A stretch of DNA of 64,000 nucleotides, taken from assembly GCA_963741955.1 (NCBI GenBank), contig CAVUKB010000006.1, forward strand, positions 448,001 through 512,000. Reading direction: 5' to 3'. The stretch's first letter is position 1. Every line of letters starts with the position of its first letter. Both the position numbers and the translations under genes were made by a program. This document shows, in pieces, positions 36,279 to 45,910 of this stretch. The stretch is from an uncultured Acidobacteriota bacterium. Its GTDB lineage: Bacteria > Acidobacteriota > Thermoanaerobaculia > Gp7-AA8. The notes below the pieces were generated by a model. The model was not told the origin of the DNA, searched no databases, and worked only from the letters and a program-made list of their open reading frames with translations.

Positions 36279-38858
36279 TCAGGGTGCGACCGCGAAGAAC
36301 GCTCCTTCTTCCGTCCCGACACAGACGGCTCCCTGGCGGTAATCCATGATCGGCGCTCCCACGCTGCCGGTCGACAGCGTGATCCGGGACTGCGCGGGGC
36401 TCGCGGTATCGGAACCGGCGAACTTGACCAGCTCGCCGCTGGACGAACCGACCCATGCGTCCGTCGGAGTCGAGATGATGTTCGACGGATACGCCACCGA
36501 ACCGGCTCCGGAACCGGGTGTCGACCAGAGGAGCGACACTGCGCCGGCGCCATTGTCCACGAGGGCCCACACCCGGTTCGTGGTGCAGAAGTAGAGGCGG
36601 TTCGACGACCAGTCGGGGTACACATACGTCTTCACCGGGCCATCGAACGTATCGTAGGACCACAGCGGAAACGCGGTGCCGAAGGAACCGACCGGATACG
36701 CGTAGACCTGACCACTGTTGTTGCCGACGTAAACCACTCCGTTGCGGGTCATCGGCGTAGTCTCAGCATCACCGATCGCGGCCGACCAGGTCAGATGAGG
36801 AGTGGTCGCATCGAACGAGAGCGCCCAGACCGTGTTCGAGCTCCCTCCTGCCAGCGTCCGGCTGGTGAAGATCAGGGTGCGGGACTGGACGTCGATCGCC
36901 GGCATCGCGGTGATGATCCCGATCCCCTGGCCGTTCCCCCCCTGCGCAGCGCTGTTGGTGAAGCGCCACCGTTCGGTTCCGTTCTGCGCATCGAGTGCGA
37001 CCATCGCATTCGTACCCGACGAGTTCCGCGTTCCGACGAAGAGAAGATCGTTGGAGAGAGTGCTGAATCCGTACTGCCTCATCGCATAGGTCACCGGCGC
37101 CACGATCGACGTTGCACCGGAAACCTGCGTCATCCACTGCTGTGCGCCACTGTCGGCATTGAAGCAGTAGACGCGGCCATCCTGCGTCGCAACGAAGACG
37201 ACGTTCGTCGCCGGGCCACTCGGGCCGGTGACGGGATGGAGGCTCATCGGCACGACCGGGACGCGCCCTTGGGACGGGGCATTCATCTGCGGAGGAATCC
37301 AGTTCGACCCGCGCGGCCAGTCTCCTCCGGTCGCGCCGACGTTCATTCCATGGAGGAACCGATCGTTCGAGACCGCGAAGACCGCGTTGAACACCGTCGG
37401 CGGAGTGAGCGCGGTCGCGCCGGTCTGATAGCGCCACTTCAGCTTCGTCGCCGAATCGGGAGGAATCGTCGTCACCGAGCGCTGGCTCGAGTACGACGTC
37501 CCGCTCGAGACGAACGCGCTGTACGAGTACTTCTGCGAGGTCGTCAGCCCGGGATCGCTGAAACTTCCGTACCCGGTGGCGTCCGTCGTCACCGTCGACC
37601 GATAGGCAACCGGATCAGGTGTCGCCGGAGCGGTTGCTCCGGCCGACCGGTAGATCTTGATCGTGCTCCCCGGCGTTGCAGCCCACTCGAGCTTCACCGC
37701 GCCGTTCGCCCCGGCCGCAGCGGCCTTCGACGTGGCCGTCAGGAGCCGAAGCGGCGATGGCGACGTCGTGCATGCCGACGCGCTCGTTCCGTAGGTCAGC
37801 GAAAGATCGTCGAGGTTGTATCCATATCCTTTGTCCCCGGTCTGGTCGGTCTTGAAGCGCCAGATCAGCCAGAGATTCTGTCCCTGGATCCCGTCGAGGT
37901 TCACCGTCACGTCACTGTACGTGTAGTGCGCTCCGTTCCACGCCGGACGATTCGTCGAGACGCCGTTCTGCCAGAACGCGATGCTGGTGTTGTACGGCTC
38001 GTTCTCGATGTACGGAGCACCCGGGGTCGGAGTGTCCGGCATTCCCTGATACGTGCTGACGTCGGCGTAGTTGTTGAACGGGTTCGTCGTCGTGTAGTAC
38101 AGCCGGACGCCGTCATAGACCGACTGGAAGTCGTAGGCGTGCCAGAAGCGAAGCCTGACGCTCTTCGCGCTCACCGGGACGGCGATCCCGCTCGACCCGC
38201 CGAGGATCAGCCGGTTGTCTTCCTTGGTATTGTATTTCCCGCAATTCGCGGGGCCGAAACGGAGCGCGGTCGTCCCGCTGTGGACCAGGCAGTTCGAGAG
38301 AATCAGCTCGGTGTTGACGTTCGCATCCGAGCCGCCGGGCCAGACGCTCGCGTCCCACTGGGGGTTCGTCGCCTCGAAGTTGTCGCTCGCCGCCGTCGTT
38401 AGCGTCCCGGTCGGCGTTCCGTCCCTCCACGCCGTATTCGTCTCCTCGGCCCAGCTGACCGACGACATCGCCCGCACCATGTAGTAGTACGTCACGCCCT
38501 GCGCCAGATCAGCGGTGTCGGTGTAGCTCGTTCCCGTGACGTTGAATGCGATCCGGTTGCTGACGGAAGGAGCGAATGGGTTGGTCGTGCTCCGGTAGAC
38601 GTTGTACGTGACCGTTCCGCCGCAGTTGTCCGTCCCCGGATTCCACGACGCCTGCAGCGTGCAGGTCGATCCGCCCGGATTCGTCACCAGATCGATCCCG
38701 CCGAACGTGGGCGCGGTCGTGCACTGCGCCTCGAGAGCCGCAGGAGTGATCGCCACCAGGGCGAGAAGCACCGCCGTCGCAACCCGAGCGCGCATCCCGT
38801 GCTTCCTGCCAGCGCCCGCCCTCCTGCTCACTCTTGTTCGCTCGTTGCCCTGAATCAT
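36279..38858 (-). CDS. Secreted protein with Fn3 modules, jelly-roll-like segment and C-terminal PQQ-like beta-propeller
   Basis: Signal RARVATAVLLALVAITPAALEA; LRFWHAYDFQSVYDG; C-terminal domain homologous to that of 28779-32291; start uncertain (38858 or 38795). Confidence 0.85.
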   Translation of the reverse strand: MIQGNERTRVSRRAGAGRKHGMRARVATAVLLALVAITPAALEAQCTTAPTFGGIDLVTNPGGSTCTLQASWNPGTDNCGGTVTYNVYRSTTNPFAPSVSNRIAFNVTGTSYTDTADLAQGVTYYYMVRAMSSVSWAEETNTAWRDGTPTGTLTTAASDNFEATNPQWDASVWPGGSDANVNTELILSNCLVHSGTTALRFGPANCGKYNTKEDNRLILGGSSGIAVPVSAKSVRLRFWHAYDFQSVYDGVRLYYTTTNPFNNYADVSTYQGMPDTPTPGAPYIENEPYNTSIAFWQNGVSTNRPAWNGAHYTYSDVTVNLDGIQGQNLWLIWRFKTDQTGDKGYGYNLDDLSLTYGTSASACTTSPSPLRLLTATSKAAAAGANGAVKLEWAATPGSTIKIYRSAGATAPATPDPVAYRSTVTTDATGYGSFSDPGLTTSQKYSYSAFVSSGTSYSSQRSVTTIPPDSATKLKWRYQTGATALTPPTVFNAVFAVSNDRFLHGMNVGATGGDWPRGSNWIPPQMNAPSQGRVPVVPMSLHPVTGPSGPATNVVFVATQDGRVYCFNADSGAQQWMTQVSGATSIVAPVTYAMRQYGFSTLSNDLLFVGTRNSSGTNAMVALDAQNGTERWRFTNSAAQGGNGQGIGIITAMPAIDVQSRTLIFTSRTLAGGSSNTVWALSFDATTPHLTWSAAIGDAETTPMTRNGVVYVGNNSGQVYAYPVGSFGTAFPLWSYDTFDGPVKTYVYPDWSSNRLYFCTTNRVWALVDNGAGAVSLLWSTPGSGAGSVAYPSNIISTPTDAWVGSSSGELVKFAGSDTASPAQSRITLSTGSVGAPIMDYRQGAVCVGTEEGAFFAVAP

Positions 38859-39169
38859 CTCCGCCTCACTTTTTTTCTCGCCCCACTTCGAGACCTGTAT
38901 TTTTCCGATCCCCTCCGCGACTGATGGACCAGAGGGAACGGATCGACGGTTCCGAAGGGATCGAGCGGGCCCCTCCTGTCCGTCGTGTATCTTCAAAGAG
39001 ACACGAATGGGGTGACGACTGCCTGACCCAACGCTCGCTCCGAGCCCGGGGTGCCGTCGTCACCTCGCCTTCCGCGGATCAATATAACAGCTGAGTCGCG
39101 GACTTATTCACTATCTTTCGTTAGGTTTAGCTATCCCCAAACCGCTAGGGGAGACGGAGCTAACGAAAG

Positions 39170-39689
39170 GCATCGTGGATCTGAAAAGCATCGTGGATCG
39201 TGGATCGCGGATCGTGGATCTGAAAAGCATCGCGGATCGTGGATCGTGGATCTGAAAAGCATCGAAGGTCGCCGATCGAGAACAGCCCCGTAGGGGCGTT
39301 TGACAATAGCCCAGGACGCAGTCCTGGGGTTGCTCGCCAACAGACCCCAGAGCCCCGTAGGGGCGTTTGACAATAGCCCAGGACGCAGTCCTGGGGCTGT
39401 TCGCCGGCAGATTCGTGATCGGAAAGGCTTCGCGGATCGGCGGTCCGGCTCCCGCATACAACAAAGCCGGGCGTGCGCCCGGCTCGAGATGGTTCGTACC
39501 CGATCGCCACCATCCGATCAACGATCACCCGTCAGCCTCCCATCGTCGATCAGCATTTCTCCTCGACGGATTTCAGATCCGCGATCCGCGATGCCTTTCG
39601 ATCCTCGGAAAATGGGACGATTCAATCGCCCCTACGGGGCTCTCGGAGCGCGCTCTTTCGGACAACAATCCCAGGACTCCGTCCTGGGC
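39170..39689. repeat. REP-like family A units and GGATCGT/GGATCGC heptamers
   Basis: Two direct copies near 39285 and 39352, inverted copy from ~39570 interrupted by the IS. Confidence 0.85.
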
Positions 39690-39722
39690 CTGGAGTTTGG
39701 CGTTTCTCGAGCAAGGCGCGAG

Positions 39723-41135
39723 CTACGAAGTGGCGTACTGGACAGCCATTTCGGGGGTGACAGCGGATTTCGAGCGCTTCAGGTGTCGTGCGACGGGGGT
39801 CTGGAAGTCGGTGAAATTGGGGGGTTCGAAGTTGCGGATGTGGCGAATGCAGGCGGATCGCATCGCGCGAAGGTACTGGCCGGTGGGTATTCGCCACTGA
39901 TCGGGGATATCGTTGTCTCTCCACTTGGGCATCAGTTCGGGGGGCGCAGTGGAGCCGAGGCCGAAGCAATCGGCGGCAGCGAGGAGCATCATCGAGTAGA
40001 CGGCTACGGCGAAAGCGGGCAGCGAGTCGACCGATCGCCGGTTGCGCACCTGCGCCTGGCCGACACCGAAGATCTGCTTTTCGTCGCGGTGATTGACCTC
40101 GATATCCCAGCGGCGGAAGTAGGCTTGGACGAGCTCGACGAGCGAGAGTTTCAGGTCGGTACAGATCAGGAACGCCGGTTTGCGATACAGCAGGCGTGAT
40201 TTCTTGCGGAGCCGATAGCCCAGTGGCCGGATCACGACGAGCCGCAGAGGCAGTTCATAACCCGAAGTTTTCCAAAGCACGGGACCGATGGTCTTGATCG
40301 AACAGGCGTGTTCACGACCCGAGGCCCAGACTTGGACCTGTTGCCAGTCGATGGATTGGTCCACGCGGAGTTGATCGGGTGTTGGGGCCTGATCGCCATA
40401 CCAGCGCTTGCGTCCGCGAAGCGGTTGAGAGTTTGGAGGAAAGAACAGCTTCGCGTCGCCTCGGATGCGACCGATCAGGATCGTTCGTTCCGGCAAGTTC
40501 CGCAGAACCGTACGGTTGGTGTAACCGCCGTCAACCACCGGCATCAGCACGCGCTCGCTCGCTCCGAGCTGGTCAAAGTCCTTGCGAGTTTGGATCAGCA
40601 GACGCGTTGCACCGATGGAAAGATTCTGCTCTTTCTGCTGGCGACGATACTCGGCACGTTCCTGCTCGGTTGCTCCGGCCCCCGGGCGAACCGCCGGAGG
40701 CTGGTGATTGAACCGGATCGGGAAGCTGCGCGCCGGACCGGCAGACTGGCCAGTTAAAGGAACACTGATCGCAGCCTGAATGAACCGTTGGGCGCGGATC
40801 AAGTTCGTGTGGAAAGGCGGCGACATCGGATCGCGCTGATAACTCACGCCTGGGATCTTCATGCCCGTCTTGCGCAACTTCGTGTCATCCAGCGGCAGCA
40901 CCAGCGGTGCGTCGAGCGGCAAGTACGCGAGCAGGTGTCGTTCGATGACTCTGAACATCTCGCTCACATCGAACCGACCCTCCGAGAAAACGCGATAGTC
41001 TGCCGACCAGTCCTGCTGCGGATCGCGGCCTGCTTCAATCATTCCGCTTACCGTGTGTCGCCCGGTGCAGTTGAGCAGGCCGATGGCCAACCCACGAACC
41101 CGCTGAAGCACCCGAGCATCACAGGATCCATTCAA
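39723..41135 (-). CDS. DDE transposase (IS701-like); frame is open upstream to the A9 tract
   Basis: LDDTKLRKTG, VVDGGY, YFRRWDIEVNHRDEKQ motifs. Confidence 0.88.
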   Translation of the reverse strand: MNGSCDARVLQRVRGLAIGLLNCTGRHTVSGMIEAGRDPQQDWSADYRVFSEGRFDVSEMFRVIERHLLAYLPLDAPLVLPLDDTKLRKTGMKIPGVSYQRDPMSPPFHTNLIRAQRFIQAAISVPLTGQSAGPARSFPIRFNHQPPAVRPGAGATEQERAEYRRQQKEQNLSIGATRLLIQTRKDFDQLGASERVLMPVVDGGYTNRTVLRNLPERTILIGRIRGDAKLFFPPNSQPLRGRKRWYGDQAPTPDQLRVDQSIDWQQVQVWASGREHACSIKTIGPVLWKTSGYELPLRLVVIRPLGYRLRKKSRLLYRKPAFLICTDLKLSLVELVQAYFRRWDIEVNHRDEKQIFGVGQAQVRNRRSVDSLPAFAVAVYSMMLLAAADCFGLGSTAPPELMPKWRDNDIPDQWRIPTGQYLRAMRSACIRHIRNFEPPNFTDFQTPVARHLKRSKSAVTPEMAVQYATS

Positions 41136-41175
41136 TTCGTCGAAGATCGCGTTGAATGAGCGAAGAAGATTTCGA

Positions 41176-41385
41176 TCAGCGTTTTTTTTTGACCCGCTTC
41201 GCTTCGACGGTTCCGGTCGGATCCTTTGCCCGCTTGAGGATCAGCGTTCGCTTGTCCTCGATGACCCATTCGACGATCTCACCGCGAATGAATTCACAAG
41301 CTTGGGCCACGGCCGCGGGAAGGTTCACGTACCACTGCCTGCTCTTTGCACGAGCGATCAGCTGCACTTTGGTTGGAAATCCCAT
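41176..41385 (-). CDS. Small AbrB-like ORF inside the IS, upstream of the transposase
   Basis: AAGGAGG RBS; MGFPTKVQLIARAKSRQWYVNLPAAVAQACEFIRGEIVEWVIEDK...KKKR; ends in A9. Confidence 0.7.
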   Translation of the reverse strand: MGFPTKVQLIARAKSRQWYVNLPAAVAQACEFIRGEIVEWVIEDKRTLILKRAKDPTGTVEAKRVKKKR

Positions 41386-41612
41386 GGTGACCTCCTTCTG
41401 GTCTAGTGATATAACTAGATACCACGGGACGAAAAAAAAGTCCAGAATTCCTGGACTTCCGCCCAACGACTCCGAGTTCCGCCAAACTCCAGTCCCAGGA
41501 CTCCGTCCTGGGCTATTGTCAGACGCCCCTACGGGGCTGCTCGCGATCCTCGATCCTCGATGCTTTTCAGATCCTCGATCCTCGATCCTCGATGCTTTTC
41601 AGATCCGCGATC

Positions 41613-43511
41613 TCAGATCTCAGATGCTTTTGCCATCTGCACGACCTCGGCGATGTGCCCACCCTCGGGAAAGCCCTCACTCCCCAGGGTCTCGAAATCC
41701 ATCCGGAACGTCCGCACCGTGCCGCCGACCTCGCCGCAGATCCACCGCAGCCGCGCCATCCGCTGCTCCGACACCTTCTCCGTCGCCACAACGATCCCCG
41801 TCGCCGTCCCTTTCGCCAGGAGCTCCACCACGTCCTCGACCGATCCGAGCACCGGGTACCCGTTCACCAGCTTCCCTCGCTTCGACGGATCGTCGTCCAC
41901 GAATCCCACCGGCTTGAGTCCCACCTCGGGGTTCGCCAGCATCTCCCGCACCGCCATCGTTCCGCCGATCCCCGCGCCGTACACCAGCACCGGCTCGCCA
42001 CTCGCCATCGCCCTCCGGCTGACGTACGACAGAAGCCGATACGAAGACCTGACCCCGTTCACCAGTGCCAGGAGAACCAGGGCGTAGATCAGGAAGAGCG
42101 TCCGCGAAGGCATGTGCCCTCCGGTCAGCCAGGCCGCCGCGAACCCCGCCGCCGACGCGACCACCACCGCCTTCGACGAGCGCACCAGATCGTCCGCGCT
42201 CGCCATTCTCCACGTCCCGCGGTAGAGGCGGAAGAGGTAGAACACCACCAGGGTCACCGGCGGAAGGATCGTCACCAGCCCCGCTGCGAGCGGCCGGTAT
42301 TGGGTGAACGCGAGATTTTCGTACTTCAGCACCATCGCGACCGCCAGCGCTGCGACCACCATCGCGAGATCGGTGAAGACGGCGAAGAGGCCGCTCTTGA
42401 GCACCGGCGAGTCGTAGATCCGCAGCACCACGCCGCGTTTCACGATCGCGAACTCGTCGTAGCCGAGTCTCCGCAATCCGATCAGCGATGCCGTCAGCAG
42501 CGTCACCAGAAGGAGCGCCGCCCCACGGTTGCTCATGAACACGGACGCGAAGCCGCAGGCCGCGAGAAGAACGCCCACCGCGTACAGAGTCAGCACCGCG
42601 CGCTGCTGGTTGAGGCCGAGCTCGAGCAGCCGGTGGTGGAAGTGCCGCCGGTCGGCATCGAACATCCCCGTCCCGCCGTCGGTCTCGAAGCGTCGCATCG
42701 CACGCCGCGCCATCGCGATGAGCGTGTCGGCGATCGGAATCCCGAGCACCACCACCGGGATCAGGATCGCCATCCCGTTCGTGAGGGTCGAACCGCCGCG
42801 CAGCGCGAGGCAGGCGAGGTAGAAGCCGATCACCGTCGCGCCGGTGTCGCCGAGGAACACTCGGGCCGGATAGAGATTGAAGGGAAGGAAGCCGACCAGC
42901 GCTCCCGCGAGCACCACCGCCGCCATCGCCGTCGCATAGCGGCCGACGATCACCGAGACCGCCGCGAGGCTCACCGCAGAGATGAGGGCCAGGCCTGCAG
43001 AAAGCCCGTCGAGGCCGTCGATGAGATTGAACGCGTTCGTCACCCCGACGATCCAGAGGATCGAGAGGGGAATCGCGACCCATCCGAGATGGAGGGTCGA
43101 ACCGAAGACGTGGATGTCGGCGCCGAGCTGAAATCCGAGGAAGACAGCGGCCGTCGCCCCGAGAGCCTGCATGCCGAATCTCGTCGCCACTCGGACTCCG
43201 CGGACGTCGTCGAAGAACGACACCACCGCGATCGGGGCCATTCCGAGAATGAAGCCGAAGAGCACTCCCGGCTCGAAATGGTTCGGCGGCGCGAAGGGGA
43301 GAAACGAGAGCGCGGCGAGGAGGAGGAACGAAGCGAAGAGCACGGCGAGACCGCCGAGGCGCGGGATGGGACGGGTGTGCACCTTCCGCTCGCCCGGCTC
43401 GTCCATCGCGCCGACGCGGCGAGCGAGAAGAACGGTTACCGGAGTCAGCACCCAGCTCAGCGTCGCCGCGAGAAGGCCCGGGATGACCAGAATCAGAAGC
43501 TCACGAGTCAT
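41613..43511 (-). CDS. MraY/WecA-family polyprenyl-phosphate sugar-1-phosphate transferase with C-terminal Rossmann-like domain
   Basis: PIPRLGG, FFDD, NAFNLIDGLDGL, FLGDTG, DRRHFHHRLL; C-term VLVYGAGIGG...GFVDDDPSK. Confidence 0.9.
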   Translation of the reverse strand: MTRELLILVIPGLLAATLSWVLTPVTVLLARRVGAMDEPGERKVHTRPIPRLGGLAVLFASFLLLAALSFLPFAPPNHFEPGVLFGFILGMAPIAVVSFFDDVRGVRVATRFGMQALGATAAVFLGFQLGADIHVFGSTLHLGWVAIPLSILWIVGVTNAFNLIDGLDGLSAGLALISAVSLAAVSVIVGRYATAMAAVVLAGALVGFLPFNLYPARVFLGDTGATVIGFYLACLALRGGSTLTNGMAILIPVVVLGIPIADTLIAMARRAMRRFETDGGTGMFDADRRHFHHRLLELGLNQQRAVLTLYAVGVLLAACGFASVFMSNRGAALLLVTLLTASLIGLRRLGYDEFAIVKRGVVLRIYDSPVLKSGLFAVFTDLAMVVAALAVAMVLKYENLAFTQYRPLAAGLVTILPPVTLVVFYLFRLYRGTWRMASADDLVRSSKAVVVASAAGFAAAWLTGGHMPSRTLFLIYALVLLALVNGVRSSYRLLSYVSRRAMASGEPVLVYGAGIGGTMAVREMLANPEVGLKPVGFVDDDPSKRGKLVNGYPVLGSVEDVVELLAKGTATGIVVATEKVSEQRMARLRWICGEVGGTVRTFRMDFETLGSEGFPEGGHIAEVVQMAKASEI

Positions 43512-43852
43512 AAGTCACTCAACGTCGTCATCGCGGGGCGGTGCGATTCACATTTGCGCGAATTGCGTGATTTGCGCGATTTGGATCTCGGCCGGTCGAG
43601 GGTCATCAGACGGAGAGGAACGACGCGAATTTCCGCGGCTCCGGTCCTCGGTTCGCTTCCGCGACCTCGACCTCCCCGCAACATACTCGTCTCTCCCGCC
43701 ACACGCGACCCCCGAATAGGGTACATGAGCGCTCAGTGTGCGCCCTTTTTCGATCAGGTATGTACTATCTTTCGATAGGAAGGGTGGACCTGCGTTCGTT
43801 CAGCTCCGGCAGCATTCTGTCGTCAGGAAGGCACGCGCTTCACACGAGTTCA

Positions 43853-45908
43853 ATTGCGCGATTTGCGCGATTTGCCATGAATCGGACCGGCGTTTTCGGC
43901 TCCGGACGATTCGCGCCGGCGCGCGACCTTCCCATGAACACGATTTCATTTGCGCGATTTGAAAAACGGGAGGTCTCTTTTCAAATCGCGCAATTGAAAT
44001 CATGGCCGAAGCCTTTTCTCTCTCGATCCGCGCCACTCATCCCTGCCAAGACACCCGATCAACTCAGAGCAAATCGCGCAATTGAAATCATGGCCGAAGC
44101 CCGCTCCCCTTCGATCCACCCCACCCGTCCCTGCCAACACACGCGCTCAATTCATAGCAAATCCCCTCACCGAAGCCACTACCCTCTCGATCGACTCCAC
44201 TTTTCCCTGCCAACCCGATCTCATTTGCTATGGATGCGCGGGCGCTCAGCTTCGGCACGTTTCCACCGGCCGGACCGGACGCGCTCCAACGCGATTTCAT
44301 TTGCGCGATTTGCCATGGATCGGACGGGTGCTTTCGGCGGCGGCGACTCTCGCGAGCGCACGAGCTTCCCATGAACACGATTTCATTTGCGCGATTTGAG
44401 AACCGAGCGTTGGTTTTCAAATCGCGCAATTGAAATCACGACCGAAGCCCCCTCCCCCTCGATCCACGGCACCCATCCCTGCCAAGACACCCGATCAACT
44501 CAGAGCAAATCGCGCAAATGAAATCATGGCCGAAGCCCGCTCCCCTTCGATCCACCCCACCCGTCCCTGCCAACACACGCGCTCAATTCATAGCAAATCC
44601 CCTCACCGAAGCCACTACCCTCTCGATCGACTCCACTTTTCCCTGCCAACCCGATCTCATTTGCTATGGATGCGCGGGCGCTCAGCTTCGGCACGTTTCC
44701 ACCGGCCGGACCGGACGCGCTCCAACGCGATTTCATTTGCGCGATTTGCCATGGATCGGACCGGCGTTTTCGGCTCCGGACGATTCGCGCCGGCGCGCGA
44801 CTTTCCCATGAACACGATTTCATTTGCGCGATTTGAAAAACGGGAGGTCTCTTTTCAAATCGCGCAATTGAAATCACGACCGAAGCCCCCTCCCCCTCGA
44901 TCCACGGCACCCATCCCTGCCAAGACACCCGATCAACTCATAGCAAATCGCGCAAATGAAATCATGGCCGAAGCCCGCTCCCCCTCGATCGACTCCACTC
45001 TTCCCTGCCAAGACACCCGACCAACCCATAGCAAATCGCCTCTCCGAAGCCACTACCCTCTCGATCGACTCCACTTTTCCCTGCCAACCCGATCTCATTT
45101 GCTATGGATGCGCGGGCGCTCAGCTCCGGCACGTTTCCTCGCGGCCGGACCGGACACGCTCCAACGCGATTTCATTTGCGCGATTTGCCGTGGATCGGAC
45201 CGGCGTTTTCGGCTCCGGACGATTCGCGCCGGCGCGCGACCTTCCCATGAACACGATTTCATTTGCGCGACATAAACCGACGCTCGGTTCTCAAATCGCG
45301 CAATTGAAATCATGGCCGAAGCCCCCTCCGCTTCGATCCACGCCACTCATCCCTGCCAAGACACCCGATCAACTCATAGCAAATCGCGCAATTGAAATCA
45401 CGACCGAAGCCACTACCCTCTCGATCGACTCCACTCTTCCCTGCCAAGACACCCGACCAACCCATAGCAAATCGCCTCTCCGAAGCCACTACCCTCTCGA
45501 TCGACTCCACTTTTCCCTGCCAACCCGATCTCATTTGCTATGGATGCGCGGGCGCTCAGCTTCGGCACGTTTCCACCGGCCGGACCGGACGCGCTCCAAC
45601 GCGATTTCATTTGCGCGATTTGCCATGGATCGGACGGGTGCTTTCAGCGGCGGCGACTCTCGCGAGCGCACGAGCTTCCCATGAACACGATTTCATTTGC
45701 GCGATATAAACCGACGCTCGGTTCTCAAATCGCGCAATTGAAATCATGGCCGAAGCCCCCTCCGCTTCGATCCACGCCACTCATCCCTGCCAAGACACCC
45801 GATCAACTCATAGCAAATCGCGCAAATGAAATCATGGCCGAAGCCCGCTCCCCTTCGATCCACCCTACCCGTCCCTGCCAACACACGCGCTCAATTCATA
45901 GCAAATCC
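43853..45908. repeat. Tandem mosaic array (family B), ~436-bp period, ~4.7 copies
   Basis: Recurring 20-bp GATTTCATTTGCGCGATTTG and its reverse complement; equivalent positions 44082, 44518, 44956, 45392, 45826. Confidence 0.9.
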
Positions 45909-45910
45909 CC

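Larger units (their letters stand above)
39690..41492 (-). mobile_element. Insertion sequence (IS701/IS4-like DDE), 1803 bp, inserted in a REP hairpin
   Basis: 13-bp perfect terminal IR CTGGAGTTTGGCG / CGCCAAACTCCAG; 21-bp flanking direct repeat TCCCAGGACTCCGTCCTGGGC at 39669-39689 and 41493-41513. Confidence 0.9.

Noticed and set aside
28779-38858. PQQ-dependent dehydrogenases using a cofactor made by the cassette
   Set aside because: Propeller repeats look like structural BamB/PQQ-like repeats; no quinoprotein active-site motifs recognised
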